From Trichodelitschia bisporula (taxonomy: Eukaryota): a DNA stretch of 64,000 nt. The notes under the pieces are model-generated. The model ran no database searches, was not told where the DNA came from, and saw only the letters and a list, made by a program, of their open reading frames with translations. The translations under genes were made by a program, and so were the position numbers. The stretch covers positions 746,364 through 810,363 of the forward strand of contig ML996696.1 of NCBI GenBank assembly GCA_010356995.1, in the 5' to 3' direction. Positions within the stretch are counted from its first letter, which is position 1; the number at the start of each line of letters is the position of its first letter. Shown here piece by piece: positions 1 to 13,703 of the stretch.

Positions 1-506
1 CGGCGTGCAGACGGATCCCACGAAGCAGGTCTGCGACGACCTCGCTAGTCTCGCCCGTCTCGCAGTCAATGTACGGAAGGCCAGCCTTGATGCTGGCAGC
101 AAGATTCTTGTCCGAGACACCGAGAGTAACCTTGCTCTTCTTGCCAGGCTTGGGCAGGTTGGCTTCGAGGGTAGCGCGCAGGAAGTCAGACGCAAGGCCT
201 TCCGAGATCTCGTTGGCGTTTTCGAGAGCTTGCGCGGCGCCCTGGAACGGAGCAAAAGAGACGACCGTCACCATTTTGCCTGCGAAGGATTAGCATAATG
301 TACTTTTAGGGACGAACGAATGCGCACCGAAGGTCGCAAGATCCTGCGACTTCTCCTGCACCTCCTTGAGGCGGTTGCCAATGGTGTCGGCCTGCATCTT
401 GACTTTGAAGACCTGTTGCGAATTAGTTTCACGGACGCCAGAAAAGCCTGAGGGTACGCACGGCATAGCCGACACTACTCTCGTGGAGCAGATAGTCAAC
501 AGACAT
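1..506 (-). CDS. NOP56: Nucleolar protein Nop56 (box C/D snoRNP core), 5' part; runs off the window
   Basis: Spliced minus-strand reading of exons 506-462, 412-328 and 279-<1 (GT..AG introns) gives MSVDYLLHESSVGYAVFKVKMQADTIGNRLKEVQ...KMVTVVSFAPFQGAAQALENANEISEG...VADLLRGIRLHA, the Nop56 N-terminus. Confidence 0.92.
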
Positions 507-866
507 GGTGAAGCAATATTCTCGCTATCAGCGAGCAAGAAGCAAAGCGAGTCAAATTTGGGAGATGGTCGTGTTCGCGCAATGCCTCTGCGATGGAGTT
601 GAAGCTTTGGCGTCGGTGGTTGGAAGGGCTGCGAACTTTTTCCATCAAATCGAACCAGGAGTGCGGGCGGTGAAATAGACTTGGCACGGCAAAACGTCGC
701 GTGTGTGGGAAATTCACTGCGGGACGAGACCAAAGGGAACGAAGTAGCGCCGTGCAGAGACCAACCCCACCATCACCACATACCTCTCTGCTTCCCCACC
801 ATATATCCCCTTCTCATCCTCTCGTCTTCGTAGAGAATTTCCCGCCAGCCAGTTCTCTTGCACATC

Positions 867-2842
867 ATGTCGGCTGCGCAGCTATTAAATCCCAAGGCGG
901 AGTCCCGCGTATGTTGCCTGATGCAATATTTACCCCCTCGCTAACTCGCCTGCAGCGCCGTGGGGAAGCTCTGAAAGTCAACATCTCGGCTGGTGAAGGC
1001 CTGCAGCAGGTATACTTGACAGTATCGTACTGTATGGAACATGAGATGCTGAGATCGCGGCTAGGTTCTCGCCTCCAACCTGGGACCCACCGGTACCCTC
1101 AAGATGCTTGTGGACGGCTCGGGCGGCGTACGTGCTCTACTGCTTTCATGCAGCAGTAATAATAGCAGCGGCTAAGCAGTGTGTCCAGATCAAACTCACC
1201 AAAGATGGCAGCGTGCTGCTCCGAGAGATGCAAATACAGAACCCCACTGCTGTCATGATTGCGCGGGCGGCGACAGCTCAGGACGAAATCTGCGGCGATG
1301 GCACTACCTCGGTCGTGCTGCTGGTGGGTGAGCTGCTCAAGCAAGCAGATAGATGGCTCTCCGAAGGCCTACATCCGAGAATCATCACCGACGGTTACGA
1401 GATTGCAAAGACTGAGACCCTTAAGGTTCGCAGCTCCGCACTGTGAAGACTCTAGCTAATCCTTTAGTTCCTCGACACATTCAAGCTAGAGCGTGAGGTT
1501 GACCGCGAACTCCTACTCTCTGTCGCTCGCACATCGCTGTCGACGAAGATAAACTCCACACTAGCCGAGCAGCTCACGCCCGATATTGTGGACGCCGTCC
1601 TGGCCATCTATGAGCCTCCCGCGAAGCCGGATCTTCACATGATTGAAATCATGACGATGCAGCATCGGACCGCGGCGGATACACAGCTGATTCGGGGGTT
1701 GGCTCTGGATCACGGTGCCCGGCATCCCGATATGCCGAAGCGGGTCGAGAACGCCTTCATCCTGACACTGAACGTCAGCCTCGAGTACGAAAAATCAGAG
1801 ATCAACTCTGGTTTCTATTACTCGAGCGCCGATCAGCGCGAGAAGCTGGTGGAGAGCGAGCGACGGTTTGTGGACGAGAAGCTGCGTAAGATCATTGCCC
1901 TCAAGAAGGACGTGTGCGGCACCGACCCGAAGAAGAACTTTGTCATCATCAACCAGAAGGGCATTGACCCGCTCAGCCTGGATGTTCTGGCCAAGAACGG
2001 CATCCTTGCGCTGCGGCGTGCGAAGCGGAGAAACATGGAGCGGCTGCAGCTCATCTGCGGCGGGACGGCACAGAACAGTGTCGAAGACCTGTCTCCTGAG
2101 ATTCTCGGGTGGGCCGGACTGGTGTACGAGCACCAGCTGGGTGAGGAGAAGTACACGTTCATTGTATGCCCCCATATCCGTCCTCTCGTGCTTGTGTCTG
2201 ACCCTGCTGCAGGAAGAAGTCAAGCAAGCCAAGTCTGTCACGTTGTTAATCAAGGGTCCCAACTCGCACACTATCGGGCAGATCAAGGATGCGGTCCGTG
2301 ACGGCCTGCGCAGTGTCTACAATATGATTGTCGATAAGAGCGTGGTTCCCGGGGGTGGCGCCTTCCAGATGGCATGTGCGGCACACCTGCAGAGCGACGC
2401 TTTCCGCAAGACTGTCAAGGGCAAGGCCATGTGGGGTGTGCAAGCCTTTGCCGATGCGCTTTTGGTTATTCCCAAGACACTTGCAGCGAACTCTGGTCTC
2501 GACATTCAGGACTCCAGTAAGTTCTTCCTCAGCTTTGGGCGGAGATGAGTTCTAACAGTGACAGTTGCGGCGCTGCACGAGGAGCAGATCCAGGGCAATG
2601 TCGTCGGCCTGAACCTGACAACAGGCGAGCCCATGGACCCCGTGCAAGAGGGAGTGTTCGATTCGTTCCGGGTTCTGCGCAACAGCATAGCGTCCAGCAC
2701 GGGGATTGCTTCCAATCTTTTACTGTGCGACGAAATGCTCAAGGCGCGGCAAATGGTAAGCTTTGATTAATTGCATCTACAGAAATAAGCTAACGCAGTC
2801 TGGTAGGGCCGTCAAACAGCTCCGGGCGAACCAGCCGAGTAG
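867..2842 (+). CDS. CCT6: T-complex protein 1 subunit zeta (CCT/TRiC chaperonin), 7 introns
   Basis: [13 protein letters not shown] start, [34 protein letters not shown] and [11 protein letters not shown] motifs. GT..AG introns join the ORF-track fragments; last exon 2807-2842 ends in TAG. Confidence 0.96.
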
Positions 2843-3482
2843 AGAGATTGGTAGAGTTTAAAATCTGGCCCTGGGTCAATAAAGGACAGTCGGTGCCATG
2901 TTACCTGGTCCCTGATAAGCATGAGCGTGATGAATGTGTACTGCATAATGTGAATACTCTCGTGGCTATCGTGAAGATGGATGGATGAGACGGGCTTCCT
3001 TTCCGTAGAGTTATGCAGAAGCCGAGTAAGGCATAGAGAATGCACGTATCCTAATGCGGAAATGGACATCTTTGTGGCTTCAAAACGCGATGTTTCCGGC
3101 TCAAACTGTGGGGAATCTTGGCGGCTGGCGTGGTCTCCCTGTGGCGTGCGTCTTGGGAGGGGCGGCCGCGTTTGAGACAAGCGATCAGGGCGGGACGGTC
3201 GACCCGTCCACGCCGTCCCAACACCAACTCCAACTCCCTTCTTTCTTTCTTGTCCAACACCATCCCTCGGCCTCGACTCTTCCAATTCGAGGTCTCTTCT
3301 CTGTTGCTTCGTATCCGTGTCCAACACGCTCCCTAGTCTGCCATGACCTGCTGAGCTCAAATATATATCGACCTCCCTTCCTTGCCAACTTGCTACCCCT
3401 TACTCCATCCCGTCGGGGCACACGAGCTCCCCTTCGCACTCTTGGCTTCATTCCCAAGCACCGCCCGCTCGGCAACCTTACA

Positions 3483-6381
3483 ATGCTGCGTTTCCGTCGC
3501 TACCGCGTCTTCCTCGTCTTCACCGTCGTCTGCCTCCTCGCTTTCTACCACCTCGGTACCTCGCCGGCGCAATGGGAGTCGCGCGCCGAACACTCGGTCG
3601 ATGTGGTGAAGGAGCGCCTCGGCTTGCGCGAGAAGGCCGCGCAAGAGCAGGAAATACTCAAAAAGCCCGATATTAAGCCTGGCATCAAACCCGCGCCGCC
3701 GCTGCCAACGCGCCCGACTACCAAGATCGCCCCGCCCCCCGTTCCTCCCATCGACAAACCCGTCCAGAATACCCCCGCCGATCTTGCGCCCAAGCCTGCT
3801 GTGCCGGCGCCAAAGGTGCCTGAAGTCAAGGAAGAGGAGGGCCGGCTGCGCATCCTCCCGCGGCCGCCGCCCGCCGATGCTCTCAAGGACATGCCCACGG
3901 AGCACCCCGAGGGCCGGTGGGAGAACGATCAGCTGCCGCTGGATGCGACACAGATCCGCTGGGAACGGCCGACGGAGCACTTCCCGGTCAAGTCAACCAT
4001 GCAACTGCCGACCGGTACGCCGGTTCCTATTCCGCGCATCCAGGCCAAATTTAAGAAGGAGACTGCGGCGGCGAAGAGTGACCGGTTAGAGAAGCTGGAA
4101 ATTATAAAGGAGGCATTTTTGCATGCGTGGGGCGGGTATAAGAAGCATGCATGGATGCATGATGAGCTCCGGCCCGTCTCCGGGAAGCATCACGACCCGT
4201 TCAGTGGATGGGGTGCTACGCTGGTCGATTCGTTGGACACCATGTGGATCATGGGGCTCAAGACCGAGTTTGCGGAGGCGCTCGAGGCCGTGGACAAAAT
4301 CGACTTCAAGACCAGCCGGCGTGCAGATATACCTATCTTCGAGACGACTATTCGGTATCTCGGTGGCTTGATTGGGGCGTACGACGTCACAAACCACAAG
4401 CATCCCGTATTGCTGGAGAAGGCAGTGACCTTGGCGGAGATGATGATCGGGGCTTTTGATACTCCTAATCGCATGCCAGACACTTTCTACCAGTGGAAGC
4501 CGTACGTTTTGGATCATCGTTTGGTTTTTGCTGCTAGCTTATATACTAACCGCCCTCCTAACTACAGAACGTTCGCCTCGCAGCCTCACAAAGCCAGCAC
4601 CCGCGTCGTTCTGGCCGAACTCGGCTCTCTGGCCGTCGAATTCACGCGGCTCGCCCAAATCACCAAAGAGCCGAAGTACTATGATGCCGTCGCGCGTATC
4701 ACGGATGCGCTATACGAATGGCAGAACCGCACGCAGCTCCCCGGTCTCTGGCCCCTCTACGTCGACGCCTCGGGTTGCAAGCGCAAGGACTATTCGTCCG
4801 TTTGGCAGGGCGCAGCCTACGACACTGCTGGAGACTCTGTTGAAGTCGCCTCGTCCGCCAGCCGCGGGCCGACCGAAGTCAAAGTCGCACCGGCCCTGCT
4901 CTTCGCCTATGAGCCGCCGCCGAAGGTCGAAAACGTGGATAAGAAGGATGGGTCCGAGCCGCTCGACCTCCCGCCGCCCGTCGCATTCGACGTCAAGGGC
5001 ACTAACAAGGCCAAACGCGATGCCCCCAGCGTCCCGGAGCCAAACTCCATCTTCCGTGGCCGCGGCGCGTCCGACGTGTCCAGTGTGCCCGCGTCGGTAC
5101 CGGAGTGCATTCCGCACGGCCTCGACTCCCCCACCACGGGGTCAGAGGACTTCACCCTCGGCAGCATGGCAGACTCGACGTACGAGTACTTCCCCAAGCA
5201 ATGGGTGCTCCTCGGCGGCCGCGTCGACACATACAAGAAGATGTACGAGCGCGCCATCGCCGTCGCAAAGGACAAGCTCTTCTTCCGCCCCATGACGCTC
5301 GATGGCAAGCGCGAACTCCTCGTTTCGGGCACATACCACGTGACGCCCGCCATTAGCGAGGCCGACCCGCCAACCGGCAAGCTCAGCCCCGTTGGCTCGC
5401 ATCTGACATGCTTCGTCGGTGGTATGCTTGCGCTCGGGGCGAAGGTTTTTGATCGGCCTGCGGATATGAACCTCGCGGCTAGGCTGACGGACGGTTGTGT
5501 CTGGGCCTACGAAATGACGCCCACGGGCGTCATGCCCGAGGGCTTCCACGCCATTCCTTGCGCCGATGAGAAGGACTGTCCGTGGAACGAGACGCTCTGG
5601 CATGACGCGCTTGACCCGCCCGGGGAGCAAAAATGGCGTCAGCAGGCGTATTTGCGCGACACGGAGTATTATGAGAGTGAGGTTGCGAGGCTGAAGGCGC
5701 CGAAGGCGGTCGAGACGGCGACGGCTGAGGCTGGGTATGGGACAAAGAAGGAGAGTGTGAAGAGGCAGGTTGATTTAGATCGGATGGTGCATGATGCGGC
5801 GGGCGAGCCGACGCCGACAAAGAAGACGGAGCAGGAGGAGGAGTGGACGCCCCCTGCGCCGGCGACGACGACGGAGCTTGTCCCTTCTATTCCGCGTCCG
5901 TCAAAGCCGCTAAGTCATGCGCAGTATGCGAAGAAACGGATTGAGGAGGAGAGGTTTCCGGAGGGGATTACGATGATGGAGGATCGGCGGTATATTTTGC
6001 GGTATGTTTTCCCCCACCCTGCCCCTTCACGGTTGTTTTTGTAGGAGTGGTGCTGATCGATTTACCTGCAGTCCCGAGGCCCTCGAATCCGTCTTCTACA
6101 TGTATCGTACAACCGGCGAACCCTACTGGCGCACCGCAGGGTGGAAAATGATCCAGGCAATCCTGAAGCACACGCGCACGCCCCTGGCGCACGGCATCGT
6201 CGACGACGTCACGAAGACCATTCCGCACCCCGGCGACAGCATGGAGAGTTTCTGGCTCGCGGAGACGCTCAAGTATGCGTACCTCTTGTTTGACGATGAG
6301 GAGGCGTGGAGTCTGGATGACTGGGTGTTGAATACGGAGGCGCATTTGTTGCGCAGGCCGGATGCGGGGAGGAAGGAGTAG
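3483..6381 (+). CDS. Glycoside hydrolase family 47 alpha-1,2-mannosidase (type II membrane protein)
   Basis: N-terminal anchor MLRFRRYRVFLVFTVVCLLAFY; GH47 motifs HAWGGYKKHAWMHDEL, GATLVDSLDT, FETTIRYLGGL, DSTYEYFPK, RPEALES, DSMESFWLAETLKY and NTEAH. Introns at ~4502-4567 and ~6002-6071. Confidence 0.93.
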
Positions 6382-6699
6382 TGTTGCTAGGGGTGGAGTT
6401 TCGGCGTTGGCGGATGCCATATGTGCGGCGTTTCGGTGTTTATAAAAGGGTCGATTTGACGGCATGGTTAGGGGCCTGTTGTAGTTACGCAGGGAAGCAT
6501 ATGGGCGATGCATGTATAGAAGGACGACGTCGCCATAACTCTGGAGCCAGTATGTAGTCTATTACGTCTGCTTGCGTACTCTCAACCTATATGCCAATTA
6601 CCGCATCTACTCAGCCTACCGCAAAGAAAACGCCCCCATTGCATCCAACGTGCCTAGGAATCAACTCTCCCCTCGCAATGCACCATACCCGAATGCCTA

Positions 6700-8602
6700 C
6701 TACCCCCCCCTCCCCCCCCGACTCGGCGTCTTCACCCCGGGTCTCTCCATATGCCCCGCAACCGCAGCAACGGAAGCCCCACTCTCCGCCCCCGTCGGCA
6801 AACTCATCCCTAGCGTCCGATACGCAACCTCACGCCTCCCATCGCCGCTGTCCCTTTTCTCACCACTCGTTTTCCGGCGGTGAGGCGACGCCGTCCCAGA
6901 CGCAATCCCAGAGGGCGACGCGGTACTCCGCGTTGGTGATCCTGGGGCGGAGTTTGCTGCTGAGCTAAGCGGCGACCCGGGTGTAGGCGCGGTCTTGCGC
7001 GGGGTGCGCGCGGGGGGTGCGCGGGGGGCGGCGCGGCGGCGGGAGCGCGGGGCGGGGGGTGTGGGGGCTGTTTGGGGTGTTGAGAAGGGTGTTGCGGTTG
7101 TTATAGTTATGGTCGGGTCGGGAGGTTTAGAGGATGTTTCGGGCACGGTGGCGGCCTCCGGCATGGTAGTGGGTTCCGGCGCGGGAGCCGGTGCGGGCAC
7201 GGGTGGGATAAGCGCATCGTCCGGGCCGCGGATCCAGTCGACGGCGCAGCAGCGCGCGGCGAGGCGCACGGTGGTCGGGTCCGCGGGGGCGAAGTGGCGG
7301 GCTGTATCGGCGCTGGGTGCAGCGGCGAGGAAGCGCAGCACTTGTCGTATTTCCGGTTGCTTGTAGGCCATGCCGGGCCGGCGGAGTTGGGAGTTGGCGA
7401 GGAGGGGGAAGAGGACGCGGAGGTAGGTGTGGCGGAGGGCTTGCATGGCTGGTTCTTCGGCGGGGAGGTCGAGGAGGTTGCGGAGGATGACGTCGAGGAG
7501 GACGTGCAGGTCGTTGGTGTAGAAGTATTCGGCGGTTGCGGAGCTGGAGAAGAGCATGTACAGGAGCTTGAGGATGAGGAGTTGCAGCGAGGTTTCGGAT
7601 TCGCGGTTTAGGAGGAGGATGAGGTTTTCGCCGAAGGTTTTGTAGGAGGAGAGGTTTGTTGAGAGGGCCTTTAGGACGCGGTTTGTGAGGGGCGTGGGGT
7701 GGGTTGGTGTCACGTTTGCGGAGACGATGTATTGCTCGTTGAGAACGAGCAGCACTCGGATGACGGGGTAATGGTATGGGTCGGTCACGTCCGAGGACAG
7801 CGACTCCGTGATGCCAAAGAGGAAGATGACAAAGGCATCGGTAACCGCGCCTTAACATGTTAGTATAGCACATACACCAAGCAGCATCCACGTACTCAGA
7901 TCCTCCCACGTAAGTCGCTGGATGCGCGACATCTCGTACATCAGGTCCAGCAGGGCGCGGTGCAGGACGGGATCCTCTCCCCACGCCTGGATGAGCTCAA
8001 CGAGGCGCGGAAAAGCGCCTACTTGCTGTAGCAACTCAAAGGTTTCCTCGTGTACCCGGCCCTCGTATAAAAGGATCGCCGCAATGAGGTTGAGGGAGGG
8101 GCCCTCGTCCTCCTACTAGAATATAAGCTTCCGTGTAGCCAACGCATCCTCGCCGGCGTACCTGCAGCAGGGCATATGCCACCTGGTGGCGCACATAATC
8201 GGCATGTGTGCCGAAGATAGGTGATGCAAGTAGTCTATAGGAGCAGTGAGCAATCTCTTGCTCGGTGCGGAGGTAATCGTCTGGGCGGGTCAGTACTGGA
8301 AGTTGGTCATGGTGGGGGGGAGTGGGGGCGGGGTGTGTTCTGGCCGCACCTTTGAAACGGGTGGTGAAGGCGAGGAACGATCTTAGAACGTTGTCAATCA
8401 GTTCGTGAGTGTCGCACTTCACCGAGAGGATATCATCGAGCTCTATATAAGCCGCGTGGGAAGTTAGCTAATGTTTACGTAGTGCAGAAAAGCGTCGCCG
8501 AGGGGATGCGACTTGAAGAGAGCAGTAGGAGACGCAACACGAGCACACACCTGTCCAAAACTGCTGCGCATTCTCAAGGTTATAAGAGACCTCGAACTCC
8601 AT
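6700..8602 (-). CDS. Ldb17/Dip1/SPIN90-family (DUF2013) Arp2/3 activator-like protein
   Basis: Multi-exon gene starting [16 protein letters not shown]; conserved core [33 protein letters not shown] and [21 protein letters not shown]; Pro-rich tail. Confidence 0.8.
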
Positions 8603-9090
8603 GGTGAGGACTAGAAAACGGAGGCAGATTCATGTTCCCCAAAACGAGTTGTTAAAGTTTTGGGTTCACGAAGCGGCAAAGTGTTTGGCAGCTGCAGTGG
8701 TGCTGGAGCGTGCGTGTGTGTTCGATGACGAGTGACGGGTCAACTCCACAACCAGCACACGACGTGTTCCGCCCGCATGTTCGAACCCCACAAACCCCCT
8801 GTTCTGGCTATGTCCTGCAGCTTTTCTTTTTTGGATGTCACCTGAAGAATGGTGTACATATGACATGAGCATAATGAAAGCACATCACAAGTCATGACCC
8901 GTTATCGCAGTTTTGGTACCTATACGGTAGTTCTAATGGGTTTGTCTCTCAAGGGGCCTACTGCTACACTTCGACAACCACCCCCCAACCATCCCCCGAT
9001 CATGTTTCTTTCCCAAACGCCCCGCATCTTGCAACATCACCCAGACTCCTCGCTATGCTAACTACAGTACAAGAAACAATAAAAGCACAA

Positions 9091-10705
9091 TCAGAACCCA
9101 CCCGGGAACTGGAATCCACCGCCCTGGAACTGGAATCCACCGGGGAACCCACCGCCCGGTCCCGACCGGAAGAAGAACTGCTGGCCATCGGCTCCGTGGC
9201 CGAACGGCGAGCCGTGTTGAGCCCCGCCGTGCGGATCATTGGGGTCGTCGCCGCGGTCAAAGCGAGCCTTGAGTTCCTCGTCACTCAGTACTTCATAGGC
9301 CTCGTTAATTTCAGCCATCTTCTTCTGAGCCTCTTCCTTTGAAATGCCCTGTGTCGACGCCTTGTCAGGGTGGAATAGACGCGTAAGCTTGCGATATGCC
9401 CGCTTGATCTCCTGCTCGTCGGCGTCGCGCGCAAGGCCCAAGACTTTATAGTAGTCCTTCTCCTTGGAGCGCTTGAGGAGCTTCTGTGCCTCTTGCAACA
9501 GCTCAATAACCTTTTCGTTTTGCCCGTGGTGCTCCTTCGCCTCCGTCAGGGTGCGCGTGGCAGCTTCGAACTCATCCGCGGCAAGCTCCTGCTTCGCCTT
9601 CGCGAGCAGACCGGGAAGCGACGTGGGGTTGAGGGCCAAAGCTTCGGCACAGTATGGTTGTCCGCGCTTCAGGTTGTTCATCTATTCGTATTAGCATTAC
9701 ATATACGAAATTCGAGTCGCAAGTACTCACCCCCACATATGCCTCACAAGTGATGTCGACGATTTGAGTGTACAGCCCATTAGGTGAGCTCTTGTGGATG
9801 AGGCCCTCGGCTGTGTACGTCGCCACATCGTCCTTTATCTCTGCCAAAATGCCTTCGCTGTCGCTCGTCTTAACGAGGTACTTGACAGCGGTGGCAAACT
9901 GCCGCTTTTCAATCGCTTGCCGCACCTTCTTCAGCGTCTTCTCGATATTCTTCTCCTGCCTCATGAGCTTCCTGCAAGTCTTGGAGTCCGGATCCGATTG
10001 AAGGCACTTGCGAATCTGCGCCAGGCCCTTGTCAGTCTCCCCAAGCGCATAGAAGAGCATGGCCGAAATCTCCAAGTATGGAGCGGTCGACCCTGTGGAG
10101 ATGTGCAGGACGTGTTGCAGGTCGTTCACTCCCTCGGCCACTTCGCCTTTCTGGAATCTACAACGTGCCCGTCGACGGCGGAGTTCTGCAACGGTGCTTG
10201 CTGTCCGGATGGCAACGCCGGCCTGGTGAATACACTCGTCCCAGTTGCCGCTCTTCTCAGCATCGGCAGATAGAATGGCAGCACCGTGCGCTTCTTCCAG
10301 CTCGACGATCTCCGCTGCACCCTTCTCGCCCATGGCAGTGTAGTCCTTCTTCGCGGCATCCCACTCGCCGTTCTTGGCCCGGATCTTGCCACGCTGCAGC
10401 AAGGCCCCCTCGAAGTTTGGCTTCAGCGCGAGCACCTTATCAAAATCCTTCTGCGCTTGCGACGGCTTTCCCAGCGATAGGTAGGCAGCGCCGCGCTTGA
10501 AGATGGTGAGGTAGTTCTGCGGGTCGCGGGCGATGGCCACGTCGAAGTAGGTGAGGGCCTCTTGCGCTTTGCCGGCGGCAAGCTGTGCATTTGCCGTCTT
10601 GACGAGCTGTGCGACAGGCGTATCTGAGGGGATATCGGAGTGAGAGAGGGCGAAGGCAGCCAGCGGTGAGAGGAGCAGCACCGCGGCGGCGCGTGGGAGA
10701 ATCAT
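9091..10705 (-). CDS. ER TPR + DnaJ co-chaperone (DNAJC3/P58IPK, Jem1-like)
   Basis: Signal peptide, multiple TPR repeats, C-terminal J domain (KDYYKVLG...HPDK...AYEVLSD) and G/F-rich tail. One intron at 9682-9730. Confidence 0.93.
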
Positions 10706-11341
10706 TGTTGACGAGATGTGGGGTGGCGAGGGGGAATGCTCTCGGTGTCAAGAAGAGGTTCCTTCGAGAAGACTAAGCCGAACAAAGAACCGCCAGACAA
10801 CGGGCCGAGTAAAAGAATGTGGAGAAGTAGAAGACACCTATGGAAGTAGCAGGAGTCGTGGAGGAAGAGGAGGAGGCTGAAGATGATATGTACAACCGGT
10901 GGACCTTAATCGAAAAAGGCAACTGGCCAACTGGCAATTGGGGCGGCGTCCGACTGCTCCCGATTGATCCCCTTGACTCAATAAAGGGTGATCCTTATTG
11001 GAGATGGAAATGCCCCAGTTTGGTCAAGCGTGGGGCCGAGAGGTTTGGCGCTGGGGCACGGCTCCCGCTTCGTGGGTGGACACCCCTGCCGGTGATGCAT
11101 CATCAGTGACCTAACCTCCCGTGCCCCCGACTTCCCCTCAAACCTGGCGTGGGACCGGTCTTCTCCTCTCCATCTCTCAATCCTAATGGAAGTGTAGCAG
11201 ACGGCATCGTGGGTATGCTAATGTGTGTACATATCTTGTCTCTTTCTCTCTATCCCCGATAACATAAGGTTATCTGCCCGCCCTAAACGAGCCGTTTGCC
11301 TCGCCCCACCTATTCCCTTATCCCTCCCTACGTCAGCCAAC

Positions 11342-13703
11342 ATGGCGCCGCTCCGCCTTCAAATCGATGGGCATCGTTTCCGCGATGCCAACGGCCGCGA
11401 AGTCATCTTGCGCGGTATCAACTGCGCTGCCGATGCGAAGTTCCCGGCGTCTCCAGACCTCCCTTCCCATCAGTCCGAGCGGTTCTTTGACGGGGACAAC
11501 GTCTCCTTCGTTGACCGCCCTTTCTCAGCGACTGATGCGCCTACACACTTCGCTCGCTTGCGGAGATGGGGCTATAACACCATACGCTACGTCTTCACCT
11601 GGGAAGCTATTGAACATGCTGGACCCGGGAAGTATGATGAAGAGTGGATAGATCACACTATTACTTTGCTGCGAATCGCAAAGGATTATGGCTTCTACAT
11701 CTTCATGGATCCGCATCAGGACGTCGTATGTGCTCTATCTTGCTGTGCCAAATCTTCCCTGACAGCCATCAGTGGTCGCGCTTCTCCGGAGGTTCTGGGG
11801 CTCCCCTGTGGACCTTGTACGCCTGCGGCCTCGACCCAAAAACGTTCAATGCCAACGAGGCTGCCATCGTTCAAAACACGTATCCAGAGCCCGAAAACTT
11901 CCCCAAAATGATCTGGACGACCAACTATCAGCGTCTCGCGTGTCTGACCATATATGCCATGTTCTTTGCGGGCAAGGAATTCACACCCAACGCCATCATC
12001 GATGGCAAGAATATCCAGGACTACCTGCAAGACCATTTCTTGTCAGCTTGCAAGCATCTGGCCCAGCGCATACATGAGGCTGGAGATCTGGAGAACGAAG
12101 TCATCATTGGGTGGGAGAGCTTCAACGAGCCGAACAGGGGAATCATTGGCTGGGAGGACCTGACTGGTTTTCCCAAGGAGCTCAAAATGCACAAGGGAAC
12201 GGCGCCAACCGCATGGCAGGCTATCCTTCTAGGCGCAGGTCGGGCGTGTGAAGTAGATGTGTATGACTTTGGCGGCATGGGCCCGTACAAGGCCGGCACT
12301 GAACTCGTCGATCCGGAAGGCCAGCAGGCGTGGTTGTCAGCCGACTATGACGACACATTTTACGGCTTCAAACGAGACCCCTCGTGGAAGCTCGGTGAGT
12401 GCATCTGGGCGCAACAGGGCGTGTGGGATCCGAAGACAGATACCCTGACAAACAAGAACTACTTCGAGAAGGATCCGAGAACCGGTCAGTCGATCGACTA
12501 CGAATACTTTGCAAATCACTGGTTCATGGACTTTTACCGCAAATACCGCGACGCCATTCGGGATGTCCATCCGGAAGCCATCTTGTTCTGCCAGCCGCCC
12601 GTCCTTGAGATCCCTCCGACCCTTGGCCCCAAGGATGAGGACCCGAATATGGTGTTCGCTCCCCACTTCTATGACGGGATTACTCTCATTATGAAGAAAT
12701 GGAATCGGCTCTGGAACATTGATGTTTTCGGCATCTTGCGAGGGAAATACCTCACGCCGGCATTCGCCATCAAGGTCGGCGAATCTGCAATCCGCAACTG
12801 TTTCCGAGACCAGCTGGCGGCCATCAGAAAAGAGGGTATGGAAAAGATGGGTCTCCGACCTTGCATCTTCACCGAGATCGGCATTCCATACGACATGGAT
12901 GACAAGCACGCCTACAAAACGGGTGACTATTCGAGCCAGACGGCAGCCATGGACGCCAACCATTATGCCCTGGAGGGGAGCCAGGCAAATGGTTATACTT
13001 TGTGGACCTACGTTGCCACGGTAGGCATCCTCCTCAGTCTCCACAGTCAGACACTTACATCTTGTAGAACAACCACGAATGGGGCGACCGCTGGAACGGC
13101 GAAGACCTCTCCATCTTCTCAGAGGACGACGTTCCGCTCCCCGCTGTTCCCCCCTCCGCTGCTCAATCGTTAAGCTCCCTAGACCGCTCCTCTCCATCCT
13201 ACTCCCGCAGTCTAGCGTCGGAAGCACAAAACGTAGACCCCTCCACCCTCAAACGCTCCCTCACGAAAGACACCATGACAAGCAGCACCTCGAAAACCGC
13301 GCCTACCGAAGACAAAGCCGGATACCGTGCGGCCGAAGCCTTTGTCCGGCCCTCGCCCACTGCCGTCCACGGCGACGTCCTCGCCTTCGGCTTCGATTTG
13401 CGCAACGCCACCTTCACTCTCAAACTTCGGGCTCTTTCACCGACAAGCGAGGATCTCCCAACGGAGATATTCCTCCCTGAGTGGCATTTCCCGCGCGATG
13501 CGTCGGTTATTGATGTTTCAGGCGGGAAGGCGGAGTTGTTCGCTGAGGGCGAGGTGCAGGTGCTCAAGTGGTGGCATGCGGAGGGGGAGCAGAATATCTC
13601 GATCAAGGGGATTAAGCGGAAGATGGCAGTTTACAATGGAGATTTGTCGGAAGAGGAGGGGTATCTGGAGCAGTGTCAGAAGTCGACTTGTCTGCTTATG
13701 TGA
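11342..13703 (+). CDS. GH5 ergosteryl-beta-glucosidase / endoglycoceramidase-related protein (EGH1/EGCrP-like)
   Basis: FRDANGREVILRGIN, TWEAIEHAGPG, MDPHQDVWSRF, catalytic NEP and FTEIG, WGDRWNGEDLS motifs. Introns at 11726-11772 and 13021-13067. Confidence 0.88.

Noticed and set aside
3054..3482. N-terminal extension of the GH47 ORF in the ORF track
   Set aside because: UTR-like composition; the signal-anchor start at 3483 is the plausible initiation site.
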